DNA from: the human T2T-CHM13v2.0 reference genome, Homo sapiens
NCBI RefSeq assembly: GCF_009914755.1
Contig: NC_060929.1
Length of the DNA stretch: 64,000 nt
Reading direction: 5' to 3' (one strand)
Notes under the pieces: generated by a model
The model's input: the letters and a program-made list of their open reading frames with translations, nothing else
What the model was told of the DNA's origin: nothing
Databases searched by the model: none
Part shown: positions 30,229 to 45,109 of the stretch, piece by piece
Layout: each line of letters starts with the position of its first letter
Position numbering within the stretch: position 1 is the first letter of the stretch
Program-made: the position numbers and the translations under genes

Positions 30229-30790
30229 TTTTTTCACATTAAATGGCCTTCTGCATTTTTGGTCATATAACTTGATTTAAAGACAAACGCTGGTTGATAT
30301 CAATATAGCCACACAAGATTTCTGACTAATGTTTGCATGGTATTTCTCACCATGATATTTTAACATCTGTTTATTTAAACACAGGTTTTTAAATATACCT
30401 CTTTGTCTTACCACAGTACGTCTCTAAATCAAACTTAAATATTATGTAAAAAATCATACTCTGTATTTTCATTTTCTCCTCATTCTATTATATACATTTT
30501 ATTTTTACATATGTCAAAAATTACACAAAAATATACAAAAACTGTGCAGTGAAATCACTTAAACTCATTTTAAACAATCATTGTTTAAATGGTTTTATAA
30601 ATAAAAGAAGTAATATATATGTTGAATAATAGAAATATTGAATAATTCCAGAAATGGCAAATATGTGGGAGCTCTCACATGTCCCCGATTAGACCCTCAG
30701 AGACTTGTACAATAATAACTAGCTCTCTAGCATGTATGTCATTGGAGACTCAAAATGGAGAGTGAAAACAGGGGAAAGAATATTTGAAGG

Positions 30791-32345
<1,555 letters not shown>

Positions 32346-33721
32346 GAAAAACTAGAAAAAAAAGAAGAAAAGCACATGAACACACAATTTCGTATAAGAG
32401 CTGTTAAAGCTGGATGCTAAAGAGACATACTTTCACTTGTATAGTTCACTTAAGTATTAAATGATTTCCTATGACTGAATCAAATATACCAAACATTACC
32501 TCAAGGAAATAGAATTCAATCATTCTTTATTTGATATAATTGTTTTCCTCTCATTGGCTTTGCCCATGGAATCCTTCCAGCTATAAATGTAAAATATTTG
32601 AAAATATATATTCAAGGATTAAAAATGCTACAAAAATACCAATGTACTTAGGAATTACTGAGTAAACCCGAGCAATATATGGCATAAAATAACATTGACA
32701 TTAAATCACATAATATTCAGACTTGTAAAAACTAACAGGCATATTATGCATGGTCTTTTAGTAATTATATATTTCTAAGCACAACTACAACTACGAACCT
32801 TCAAATCCAAGAGATAAACACTTATTTATAGTACAATTTTTTGCTTTTCTTTTCTCTCGCCATCACCCCAGCAGTACAGACAAACCCATCACGTAATTTA
32901 TTGAATATTAAATTCTCATTACTTTATTTCTGTTGCCACACTTATGGGAAGCCTGGTCAAATAAGCAACAGAATAGGGAAGTAGCCTTTTAAAATGAATA
33001 ACACACTAGAAAATGTTAGGTTTAATTACAGGTAATAGTTTTAAAGCAATATTTCTCTTATAAACATCTGTGGCATTATAATACAAAATTGACTTGATAT
33101 TTAGATTTTTGTTGATTTTGAAAAGTTCATCCTAGATAAAAATGCAACTTTTATACAACTAAATGAGGTTTCTCTTTAAGCAAAATGCATCAGATAGAAA
33201 TAATTTCCAATTACATATTTAGAGTACTCATGAAAGACAATTTATTTTCTTTTTGTTTACTCTGATTTCATTTTACTAGAAGGTCATCAGAAGAAAAGCC
33301 ACAATATGTTGTTACAAAAAATTTGATGCTGATAAGAATGAAAAATTATCTTTAAAATGTATTTTCATGGATCATAAATCCTCTTCAATTTTAGCTGCAA
33401 ACTATAGAATAATATGAAGTGAATATGTCTAATTTGTTAAGGAATATTGGTAATAAATAGGACTATGATAGAGTAATATGAGTTAGCACTGAAGAACGAA
33501 AAAAGTTAGGTTGTATAAAAGCTCAGCATTCGGGATAAATATTTTAACTCAATAATACTAAAAATAAATTTTAATGCAAAATAATTACATGATGATCAAA
33601 ATATCGAATTTTAAATGAAGGATCTGATCCTGTGCTTGCATAAATCTGTTGCACTCGAATTCTTGTCTTGCTAATTGAAATACACATTTGCTGATTTTTT
33701 TAAGCAAACATTCAAATAAAA
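32346..33721 (+). other. Putative L1 3' transduction (~1.37 kb of non-repeat-looking DNA)
   Basis: Lies between the L1 A-tail and the second copy of an 18-bp TSD, gaaagaatatttgaagga (30774-30791 and 33722-33739). Confidence 0.8.
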
Positions 33722-33800
33722 GAAAGAATATTTGAAGGAATATCGGCTGAATGTTTTCCATATTTGATGAAAAGTATAAACTCAGAGATTAAAGACAAAC

Positions 33801-33911
33801 TCACCCCAAAGTGTCTCCATCATTCCATGGCCTTCTCTCATGCCCGTCACCTCTGTATCTTTGTGTGTCCGTCTCCTTATATAAGAACAATGATTGGATT
33901 CAGAGTCCATG
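33801..33911 (+). repeat. Local direct copy of 29171-29282 (MLT1C piece)
   Basis: 'tgtctccatcattccatggccttctctcatgc.cgtcacctctg...tataagaaca.tgattggattcagag.ccatg' occurs in both places. Confidence 0.95.
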
Positions 33912-34298
33912 TAGATCTAAGTCCTTTAAGGGATCATTTTGTTTCTACTTAAAGAACATTCTTTAAACTTCTTTTAAATTTCAGGTCTGTTGATAACCAA
34001 TTCCCTTTACTTTGATCTGCCGAAAGTATTTTTTTATTGACATTGAAAGATATTTTTGCTAGAATAAAATATGGCTTGGCAGTTGCTCTTTCCACTTTAA
34101 ACATGTAATTTCATTTTCTTCTGGCTTTTATAATTTCAGGTGAAAGGTCTATTAATTCTTATCTATGTTCCTCTGTTTCATGTGGTTTGTTTTTCCCCTC
34201 TACAGGTGTTGTAAATATTTTTTCTTGTCATTCATATTAAGATATTTTATTAATATTAGGCTTAGTGTATTTGTGTTATCTTATTCAGAATTTTTTGA

Positions 34299-34460
34299 TT
34301 GTCTTTAATCTCTGGGTTTATATTTTTCATCAAATATGGAAAACATCCAGCCAGTATTTCTTCAGACATTCCTTCCCCTGTTCTCACTCTCCATTTTGAG
34401 TCTCCAATGACATACATGCTAGAGAGCTAGTTATTATTGTACAAGTCCCCAAGGGTCTAA
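34299..34460 (-). repeat. Inverted-repeat partner of 30689-30791 + 33740-33798
   Basis: Hand alignment: 149/162 identical, no gaps. Confidence 0.95.
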
Positions 34461-35007
34461 CCTTTTTCTTTATGTTTTTAAAATCTGTTTTTCCTCTGTG
34501 TTTTAGTTAGTATAGTTTCTATACTTATATGCTTAAATTCACTGACATTCTCTTCTACCACACTTACCTGCTGTTATTGTCATCTACTAAGATATTCATT
34601 TTGAACGTTGTATATTTCCTGTCTAGAGTTTGTATTTGATTATTTTCTTTATATTTCCTACATCTTACCTCATTATATTCATGTTTTTCTTTTGATATTC
34701 GAGCATTTTAAACATATATAAAATTACTATATTAGTTCACGTCTGCAAATTCTAACATCTCTGTCATTGCTGCTTCTGTTTTTGATTGACTTGACTTTTA
34801 TGGGTCAAATTTCCTTATGTCTTGATAGGTCTAGTAAATTTTTATTGGCTGCTGGACTCAGTAATATTACATTGTTTAGTGCCTGGATTTTCTTACTTTA
34901 AATGTGGGATTTGGTCTGGCAGAAGTTATTTACAAATTAGCTTGATACTTTCAAGATTCATTTTCAGGTTTTTTTTGAAGGAATAGTCCAGAACAGCCTT
35001 ACTCAGT

Positions 35008-35337
35008 ATTTTATTTTATTTTATTTTATTTTATTTTATTTTATTTTATTTTATTTTATTTTTTTATTTTTTATTTTTTATTTTATTATTATTATACTTT
35101 TAAGTTTTAGGGTACATGTGCACAATGTGCATGTTAGTTACATATGTATACATGTGCCATGCTGGTGTGCTTCACCCATTAACTTGTCATTTAGCATTAG
35201 GTATATCTCCTAAAGCTATCCCTCCCCTCTCCCCCAACCCCACAACAGTCCCCAGAGTGTGATGTTCCCCTTCCTGTGTCCATGTGTTCTCATTGTTCAA
35301 TTCACACCTATGAGAGAGAATATGCGGTGTTTGGTTT
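35008..35337 (-). mobile_element. 5'-truncated L1PA2/3-like 3' end with an (ATTTT)n tail
   Basis: 'aagttttagggtacatgtgc..ttagttacatatg..gctggtg..ttagcattaggtatatctcc'. No clear TSD. Confidence 0.93.
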
Positions 35338-36039
35338 AGTTTGCCCTCATTACTAAGTTGTGATCCTTCTGGGGTCATTACTGAATATGCTGTGTTCAAC
35401 AAGGTCACTCTGACAGGTGGAAACTCAAAAAATTGCAATCCCTGTGAGAACTCTGGTAATTATTTTACTTAAAGTTCGCCCAATTTTTTCTTTAACTAGA
35501 AGTTATTCTTTGCCTGGACTTCTGGAGTTTTACCATATGATTTTGCGTATTGGTATTCAGAGACTGAAGTGAACTTTTATACAGATTTCTGGAACTCTTT
35601 TTCTGCATAACTTTTCTCACTCAAACCTGACCCTTATTTCTAGCCACCTTAGGCTCATCCAACTCAAATCTGTTGGTCTTTGTTTTGGTTCCCTCTCTTG
35701 TTTACAGCTCAGAAACTGCTGTAAGCAAAAACAATTGTAGGGCTGACCTCACCTTTTCCCACTTCCACAGGATAACAATTTTGTGCTGTCTCATGTCCAA
35801 TACTTCAAAAATATTATTTTATATATTTTTGTGCACTTTTAAGTCATTTATGGTTGAATGGTAATTCTAGATGTGCTTTTATTTCTTAGCAGCACATACC
35901 TTTTTATTGTCTATTGCACTGTACTGTTTAAAATCCAGTAACACAACCTAGGATAAAAACCTGATTGATAGAAAAGCTAATTGACTGCTCCAAGATTTTG
36001 TTTTCCTCTGAATCTTTCTCCATTTTTGGGTCTGTGTCT

Positions 36040-36212
36040 TTATCTATATATATAAAATATAAACTATATTTATAATATATATTATAGATTGGTTAATATT
36101 ATAAATATATAATATACTATATTATAAACTATAGTATATTATAAAATATATAAGATTTAGTATTATATATTTATATATTATAAATATTAATGAAATATAT
36201 AAAATGTATATT
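36040..36212. repeat. AT-rich low-complexity tract
   Basis: Nearly pure A/T with degenerate 'tattata' repeats. Confidence 0.85.
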
Positions 36213-36470
36213 TCATTTGCATTGTTGATATTGAAATATATTTTTTCTAAACAACCTGTTAGGAAGAGTGTTGTAGAGGAGGGGGCGTTTTACATGTCTC
36301 TCCATGTTTCCTTAAAGAACTGCCACGCATCTTCCTTTCATTTCATCCATATTGCAACATTTCTAAGCTCTGCTTTCTCAGAGACACGCTCAGTAGTTCC
36401 CTTTCTAAATGAGGCCTTCTTCTGAGAATGAACATTTGCTGTACCTATCTGGGTTCTTCCATAACTAAGC

Positions 36471-37019
36471 TGTTATGCACTAAATGTTTATGTCACCCCA
36501 CAATTTATATGTTGAAATCCTAATCCCCCAGGAGCTGATATTAGATTGCTGTCGATGAAGCCAGAAGCAGTTCTTACCAAACGCGGAATCTGCTAGCATC
36601 TTGATTTTGAACTTCTCTGTCTCCAGAACCGTTAGAAATAAATTTATGTGGTTGGGCGTGGTGGCTGACACCTATAATCCCAGAACTTTCAGAGGCCAAG
36701 GCTGGTGGATGACAAGGTCAAGAGATCGAGACCATGCTGGCTAACATGGTGAAACCCCGTCTGTATTAAAAATACGAAAATTAGCTGGGTGTGGTGGTGC
36801 GCACCTGTCGTCCTAGCTACTCGGGAGGCTGAGGGAGGAGAATTGCTTGAACCTGGGAGGTAGAGGTTGCAGTGAGCTTAGATTGCGCCACTGTGCTCCA
36901 GCCTGGTGACAGAGTGAGACTCTGTCTCAAAATAATTAATTAATTAATTAATTAATTGTTATTTACAAGCTATCCATTCTATGGTATTTTTTCTATCACA
37001 GCCTCACAGGACTGACATA
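36471..37019 (+). mobile_element. MLT1A-like LTR (internally deleted) with a nested Alu
   Basis: 'tgttatgcactaaatgtttatgtcacccc..tatgttgaaatcctaatcccc', 'ccagaaccgttagaaataaattt' and 'ctatggtatttt'. Confidence 0.8.
36650..36957 (+). mobile_element. AluSc-like SINE with a (TAAT)n tail
   Basis: 'ggtcaagagatcgagaccatgctggctaacatggtg'. Confidence 0.94.
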
Positions 37020-39309
37020 AAGCTTTGCTGCACTCTCTATTCTTCTGTGCATATATGATCAGACTCACAGCACTTCCATGTAAATTGACCCTGAATCTGA
37101 TGGTCCCTAAACCATGTTAAGCTTTATAGCTTTCTCTGTCATCTAGTTTCTCTGTAGAAGTAGGTTATGTTTATCCTTGTTTCATAGTATACATTTTGGA
37201 AGAGGTACGGGGATAATTTGATCTTAGACAAATGTCATTATTCCAGAGCAAACCATAAGACCCATCTTGTAAAATCTAATGTGGTCACAGAGAGTAAATT
37301 TCATTAAGGTTTGCCAGATATCAAAAGACTCAACAAAGTATGTAGATATGGCCCATGTTTGAATCTGTCTGTGTGAGTGGGGTAGAGAAGAAAGCTGGTC
37401 ATGGAAAAACCACCCATTGTAATGCAATAATGTAGAATATTTTATATAGCTCCGTTATATGCTTGAGCTATATGTGTCTTTAAAATCGGTATCTAAGCAG
37501 TGCTTACAAATTTGAGAAGCATACATAGCCCTTTGGAAAGGGAACTGAGAGTGGACAGGTTGAATGTCAATACTTCTTCACTGGGATCTGGTATTAGGTA
37601 TAAGACAGAAGTCTTAGAAGGAAATTGCACTGAGTTCCTTGGAAGAACAGGGCGTAACGATTAATGAAGAAGCTTAGTTCTGTGCAATAAATCATTACAG
37701 AAAATTAAATAAATGGAATATATAAGAAATACTTATTAAATATTTTCTGCATGTTTGGTAATAAACCAAAAAAATGTGATAGAATATACTTCTAAACGGT
37801 TCCATGGTACTCTGGATCCTAGTTTTGCTTAACAAAGCATCTTAATTCTGGCAACATTAGGCAATGGTGCTGAAGATCCATACACTTCCTGCCGGTACCT
37901 CTAAAAGTTGGGCATTCCTAATCTGCAGAAAAGAAATACTACTATTGCTATTAATGTGGAGCTATTAATTGTTAGGTGTTTACATCTCTGTGATGTTCTA
38001 GTTGTACTAACATATACTTATTTATATATGAAAAAGTATTAGAAATGTAACGGAATTTACACAATATTAGACCACTGGTAAATACCCAAGTCTGCGTCAC
38101 TCCAAATCTAATGCACTTAATTTGTACATTTGACTGCCTTCAGGCAGACCATAGCAGTTGTAAAATAGTTCTAATAATCAGTAGTGTAGAATTATCAAGA
38201 TAAAATAACTTCTCTAATAGTGGCAAGGCATCTTCCTTTCAAAGAGGTTTTTCTTAAATTTAATGGCAGCATTGTACATTTCTTTCTGCCAGTATAGAAA
38301 TAATTATGGAGAATGGTTAGTAAAAGTCTAAAGAAAGATATGCTGACCCAGTTAAAAACAGAGTTAGGGGAGATAAGATGATAAAGAAAGAGGAAAAAGA
38401 AAGAAATCTAAATTGGATAGTTAATCTGTAAGTGTGTCCTTCCTTTAAAATAGAGATAAATGCAGTAGCAATATATCCCAGTGTTGTAAATCGATATGTC
38501 CTTACAACCTCCATCTTTATAGCCAAATAGTTTATATCTTTCAATGTGCTGAAAAATTAAACACAGCCTTTCTGCTTCCAACTATTTTTGAAGTTCACTG
38601 TCTGGCTTCATAGATAATAGTCTCATTGTAGTGCACATAATCTTTTCATAAGGTATATTATTTGCTACCAAAAATTAAATAATCTCATTTTAGTCTAAAG
38701 ATAGGTACTGATAGCTAATACAGAATTTTAAAATATTCACATTTTCCCTTCAATTCTAATTCAGCTAAGCTAAGGGAAGTTAGAACAGTGATCACATTAA
38801 ATTTAAGCATGAAAAATGAATAAATTATAGATATAACTGTATATACTGCTATCAATAAAGAGCTACTAATTTCTGAATGTTTACAGGTACTTTTCTTTAT
38901 AAAAACTTTTTAGTACTCTACAACAAAATTTAGTACATCTTGTGATTAATATGCTTTATAAAAACTACGGAAAGATAGTTATGGTTAATATGACAAAAAT
39001 AAATACATGTAAATAAGGCAATTTTATCTTTTCTGAACTGATAATCTCAAATATCAATTGTACGACATAATAGGGTCTCTTAGTTAATAGCAGTATAATG
39101 CAGGTTTAATGGATGCCATTTTTCAGACATTTGGATTTTTAATTGCTTTCTTTTCAGCTTCATTAACACAATGGCAACTCTTCAGTCATTCCAATTTTAA
39201 GCCAAAAAAAAGAAAAAAAACCCACTCCCATAACTCTTTTGTTGTTTCAAGAAAATGTGCTATTAAATGATGGCATCACAAACATCTAAAGATTTATACT
39301 TAATACTAT

Positions 39310-39764
39310 ATTTCAGAGTGGCTAAAATAGGCACCTATTGCTTTGCATTCCCAGTGATTCTTTGCCTGTAACATAATAAAATGCACTTTTTTTTTCCTCT
39401 GCCTACCTCTACTACCGGTATGGTTGAGAAGAGTCCTGAGATCCAGAGAAAAAAAAAAAAAAAAAAAATCAAAGAAGCCCACTTTGTTGGCCTTGAGTTA
39501 TAAGAATCATGTATGTATAAACTAGTTGATAACCCTTTTCTCTAGCCATATGTAAGCTCTCTCTACACAGAAGAATGCAGAGGCAGGAGGGATTTTTTGA
39601 AATAGACCAATCACATATTGTTTGGTTCCTTAACTCTTTCACTCATTAAGCCAGGTTAACCTCTGGCCTTCCCAGTTATGTGAGTCATTATATTCCTGAT
39701 TTCACTTAAACTAGCACAAATTAGTTTTCAGACACAGTGATACAAAAGCATCTTCACTAATACA
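39310..39764 (+). mobile_element. Old MLT1 (J/K/L-like) LTR
   Basis: 3' end 'ccttcccagttatgtgagtca..cttaaacta..cttcactaataca'. 5' boundary uncertain. Confidence 0.55.
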
Positions 39765-40898
39765 ATAATTTCAGCAAAGTGTCTCAGCTTCAAAAGTCAT
39801 AGTGAACAGCAATAGCATCACCAGCTAATAGCCTCAAAATGCCAAGGTTGGATAGAATGGCTCCTGCAGCTGAGTACACACCACAAACTCCTCAGGAAGT
39901 GACAAAATGATAGCAATTTGGTAAACCATATATTTTAATTTTTCTGCAATTCCCTGATTATAAGGCATTGATAGATTGATACTACTAAATCAAGTTTACT
40001 AATTCACTGACAAATACTTCATTTAAAAGATTATATTCAACAAAAATACAAAATAATTATTTAACTATATTTTCTACTGCATTCATCCCTAATCAATAAA
40101 TAATTTTAGGGTCCCAGAGGCCATGACAAATGTTAAAAAAATAACTCTCTAGGGGCCATAAAAGATTGCTTTATAAGTTGTTGCTATACCTTTCAATTTA
40201 GAAAAATGTAGTCCTAAAAAGGAGAAAATGACATTTCAGAATAACTGTTTCATTATACAGGGTAGGATTGAACAAAATTGGCATAAGTCTATGGAAGAAA
40301 ACCAGAGAGAAAAGGAAGAACAAACCTTAAATACAGAAGTTATAAATTTACTGAGTGTTACAGAAAATAGAAAATAAGTCAACACAAGAGCCACTAAAAA
40401 TATTTGAGACAATGTGGCTATGGTAAATATGACATAAATAAATAAAAATAAAGCTATTTTATCTTTACCAATCTGATATTCCTACATCTATTTTACTAAA
40501 TAAAAGGATCTTATTTATAGTAGGTAGAAAGGAAATGTTAACAAATGTTTAACATTTATGTATATAAATTAACTTATTGTAATGATTATTAATTAAAATC
40601 TTTTTGCAGTGCTCCAAATAAAAGTATAATAAATGCAGCAAGTTTTTAGAAAGTGAGCTATTATATAGGTATGTTGCCCTGTATTTATTTTGTCCTTTAT
40701 AATTGTTTTCTAGCTTTTTAATTTCTCCATATGATAGTTTATTTTTACAATAATGAATTTAGTTGTGTAATTCAAATATAAATAGAGACATGGAAAAGTT
40801 CTAATAATGTATGGCAGCATATCTATAGTTTTCCTTACATTTTCCAAATATAACAGAGCCTACATCTTTTGTTCTACTGGGTGTCCCTTTTGGGGCCC

Positions 40899-41283
40899 TG
40901 TGTTAGTCTGCTCAAGCTCTTGTAACAAATACCAGAGACTGGATGTCTTAAACACAGTTTTTTTTCTTTTTTTCACAGCCCTGGAAGCTGGAAAGTCCAA
41001 AATGAATGTGCCAGTTAATTCAGCTTCTGGTGAAGGCTCTCTTCCTGGCTTGCAGATGGTGGCCTTCTTGCTGTGGTCTTACATGGCAAGGAAAGAGAAA
41101 GAGCACGATCTCTCTTGCCACCTGTTTTTATAAGGTCACTAATACTATTATATCAGGGGACCATCTTTGTGACCTCATTTAACATTAATTGCTTTCTTAT
41201 AGGACCTGTCTATAAATACAGTCACATTGGGAGTTAGGATTTCAACGTATTAATTTCAGAGGGATAAAAATCCGTCCATTGCA
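40899..41283 (-). mobile_element. MLT1A0-like solo LTR
   Basis: 'gaaggctctcttcctggcttgcagatgg' and 'cacattgggagttaggatttcaac'. TG..CA ends. TSD ggccc/ggccg. Confidence 0.88.
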
Positions 41284-42321
41284 GGCCGCCACCAAGTATT
41301 TAGGCAGCAATCAAGAGGAGATAAAAAGCTTTTTCAAGAGCCTCAATATATTTTACTTTTCTCTCTGTTAGTCTCTATACAACTTTCTCTCAGTCTCACT
41401 CCCTGCCTTTCTGTTTCTCTCATTCTTAGTCTTTCTCCTGTCTGTTGTCCTTTCCTTCCTTCTTCCTCTTGTATAATCTCAGGTACATTAGCTACCTTTC
41501 ATAGAATGAAAAAGTGTCACATAAGCAAGAGGAACTGAGAGAGGAATTTTGAGGGCCTTGCTCAAGATAATAAAACCCACAAATGGCAAGGACCAGAGCA
41601 ACTTCAGGTGACTTTCATACCAAATTAAATGCAAATTTAGGATGAAAAGTGCTCTAAAACTTGAAAAAAATATATAGAGAACTCTTCAGTGGCTATAATG
41701 CCATTAAGTTGCCATCTTATAAATAACCTAGATTCCTTTGAAAACAGGTTCTCTAACAGTACTTCATTTCCTGAGACACAGTCTTATAACACATTAAAAG
41801 TGAATTACTAACACTAATAAAAACTTAAATAAGCAACAGTTTTTCACCAGCAATGAGCTTCTCTTCTTCAGTAATATTTTTGATAACTCCATTTCTACCA
41901 AAATGTCTCATGAAGTGGAATGAAATGGAATGATACTGTCTAAATTCTATAAGAAGACTAACTAATCTCAGCAATGGAAAAAGGTCACAAATAAGAAAAT
42001 GATTTGTGCAATTCAGGACTCTATACAAATTCTAGATACAGATATCTTTATGTTTCCTTGCCATTCTCCACAGGTAAATGCATTTAGGTATACATAGTCA
42101 GTTATTCCCACAACTATAAATAGTAAGTTTATACCTATCTTTACTGATGTATTAAATTTAGTCTGAATCAAGTAATCCATCATTGAAATATCAGAAACAC
42201 ATTTCCCATGAATGACCTACCCATATTTATATCCTGACTCATGTTAATACTACTTTTTAGATATTCTAGGAAGTATCAGATTGTTTTCTTCCAGACAAAA
42301 TTCTTTATCTTTTGTACATAC

Positions 42322-42959
42322 ACGTAAGTCCTATAAAGACAAACAAAAATTAAAAATAAAAGGCTGAATTCTGCTTGTTCAAAATAAGGAAAGAAACTTC
42401 TCCCCTTTCATTAGGAGGATTTACCTTAGAAAATAGGCCTTTTGTCGACTTTATGACCCAGGAATGTCTTTCTCCAGAGCCCGGCAGCCATCTCTTTGAA
42501 ATGTAAACATCAAGAAATAGCACCTTTTACCCAGTTTTTGCTGGAGAGCAGGAATCTGACTTTGGTGGGCAACATGTTTCAAGTTCTAAAATTACCTTCT
42601 GTTATAAACATATGACAAGCTTATTTCTCCTCTAATAAAGCCAATAAGCTAATACAGATGGTCACTCCAATTGCTATGTAAGGTTAGGATGAACTATGTG
42701 TAGCAAATTCAACCTTCAAGTCCTCCTACTTAAGGACTAGTTACTGTTTAGCTTAAAAACTTGTATGTAATTAGTTGTTTCTGCCTAGATAAAAGATTCA
42801 GATTTCTTTCTGTCTTTGCATCTCTGGGCAGATGGCCAGTGATGCACATAACACTTTGGTTTAATGCTTATTCAGTAACATGACTGATTTCTGTCTCTAA
42901 TAACTTTATGGAGAGATTTTCTGGGTTGGGAGATGATTTTGTTTTTTAATTATATTTCC
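42322..42959 (+). mobile_element. ERV1-class solo LTR (MER34/MER39-like)
   Basis: 'ttatgacccaggaatgtctttctc', 'gccatctctttgaaatgtaaacatcaag', 'ggttaggatgaactatg' and 'gttgggagatgattttgtt'. Confidence 0.7.
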
Positions 42960-43991
42960 TTTAGGTTGTGCACACATGCACATGCACATATATACATATA
43001 CACACATTTTGCATTTAATATGTTTCCAAATTTTTCTTACATTTCTCTTTATTATTTACAGCCTTGATATTGGCAACTCTGTTCATTTCTTCCATTTGCT
43101 CTGATATAGTGTGGGGAGATTCTTCTTGACACCTTCCCATTTAAGATCCTTATGTCATCTCCATTCAGGCTGTACATGGGAGCCAGGCATTATGCAGCCT
43201 TCCAAGAGCACAGTGTTTGTATCACATACTGGCTCAATATGCCATCAGCCTTTCTATCAGTGGATGGGTTTAGTAAGTCTTTCATATTCTTCTCATTTCA
43301 TTTATTTTCCTCACCTCTATATTTCTTTGCCAATGCATGACAGTATTATCTATTATTTCACAACCCTCCTTGGATGTTTACTTTTTAAGGTTGTATACTT
43401 AACTTGTTTGTCTTGTAACTAGTAAGTTCATTGACTACTTTTAATATTTTCACTAATTCAGTAAGGTGATGAGAGAGATATTTCAGTAAAATGACCTTAG
43501 TCTCCTGTCATTATTGTAGCAGCTTTTTATAATTTACTGTTTTGTAAATTTTCTGTACAAAGATTGGAGGAAGACACTTTCCTGTCCTGGATAGCACTTC
43601 TTGTTTTCTTATAGCTTTTTTACCTTTGGCATGACTAAGTTAGATCAACAGAACAACAATGCTCTCTAGCTGATAAAAGATACTAAGCAAATGACCCTTC
43701 CCTAACTTCTGGTCATTTCTCCTTTTAAATGAGAAATTTCTCCAGCAAAGATAATATCCATTAGAATATCCAGAATGCCTTCCTAATTCTCCCATAAATA
43801 TATATAATACCATGTCATACTGGAGCACTTACTATAGCCTCCAGTCTTACCTATATCATCAAATCTGTGCAACACAGAGATCTGGTGAAAATGTGGGCAC
43901 TAACTGTAAGCAGGCACTTTACATGACAAAGACAAACCACTTTTATTAAAAAACAAAAATATTATACACTTAAAAAATTCTACCCTCACTA

Positions 43992-44081
43992 GATTGCAGT
44001 GAGACAAGATCACACCAGTGCACTCTAGCCTGGGCAACAGAGCAAGACTCCGTCTCAAAAACAAAACAAAACAAACAGACA
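43992..44081 (+). mobile_element. Severely 5'-truncated Alu (last ~65 bp plus tail)
   Basis: 'ttgcagtgagacaagatcacaccagtgcactctagcctgggcaacagagcaagactccgtctc'. 18-bp TSD with 2 mismatches at 43974-43991 and 44082-44099. Confidence 0.92.
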
Positions 44082-44432
44082 AAAGTTCTACCCTCGCTAT
44101 GTTTAAGAGATTATCCTAAAACTAATTGTAAAGCTTCATAGGGTATCGTTAAAATAGAAAATAGCTACAATCAAATGGATAATAGATAATAAAATAGATA
44201 ATAGCTGCCACTGAATTTCTATAAATCAGAAATAATAGACAGAATTTTAGGAACAAAATACTATGTAAGGTTAGCAGAATCATCTCAAAATTTTTGAGCT
44301 TTGCTTTCTTCAAAGATATTCTGCATTGTCGATCCCTTATTCTGGCTTGGTTTGTGTTTTTCAGCCAAAGAACAAATTTAAAAGAATTTGTCCTCTGGAG
44401 AAAGTGAAGATTAAGTCATCTATCAAGAGGTA

Positions 44433-45064
44433 CAGTTGTCCCTTAGTATCTGTGGAGGATTGGTTCCAGGATCCCAACAGATACAAAAATCTGCAGATGC
44501 TCAAGTCCCTTATATAAAATGGCATAGGATTTGCATATAACCTATGCATATCCTCTTGTATACTTTAAATCATCCCTAGATTGCTTGTGAATCCCTAATA
44601 CAATGTAAATGCTATGTAAATACTTGTTATAGGCCAGGCACTGTGGCTCATTCCTATAATCCCAGTGTTTTAGGACGCTGAGGCAGGAGGATTGCTGGAG
44701 GCCTGGAGTTTGAGACCAACCTGGACAACATACTAAGACCCCTGTCTCTACAAAAATTTTAAAAGAACATAAGTAGGCATGGTGGTTCATACCTGTGGTC
44801 CCAGCTACTTGGGAGACTGAGGAGGGAGGATCCCTCAAGACCAGGAGTTTGAGGCTGCAGTGATTTATCATTGCACCACTGCACTACAGCCTTGGCAACA
44901 GAGTAAGAGCCTGTCTCTAAAAACAAAAATAAACAAAGTAGTTGTTATATTTTATTTTTTGTTTATTTTTATGTTATTGTATTGTTATTTTATTTTCTGA
45001 ATACTTTTTTTAGCTGTTAGTTGAATCTGTGCATGTAGAGTGCATAGATATGGTGGACCAACTG
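44433..45064. mobile_element. Tigger3/MER7-like TcMar MITE with a nested AluJ
   Basis: TA-flanked TIRs 'cagttgtcc' and 'ggaccaactg'. Internal 'gatgctcaagtcccttatataaaatggc'. Confidence 0.88.
44632..44937 (+). mobile_element. AluJ-type SINE
   Basis: 'gggaggattgct..ggagtttgagacc' and 'ggagtttgaggctgcagtga'. TSD ta.ttgttata. Confidence 0.93.
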
Positions 45065-45109
45065 TATTTTTCTTCACATTTCACAGATGTATATGCCTCA
45101 GGCAATTCA

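Noticed and set aside
37790-37936. Possible minus-strand exon (acceptor tttcttttctgcag)
   Set aside because: No convincing donor and no clear coding frame. It cannot be supported without transcript data.
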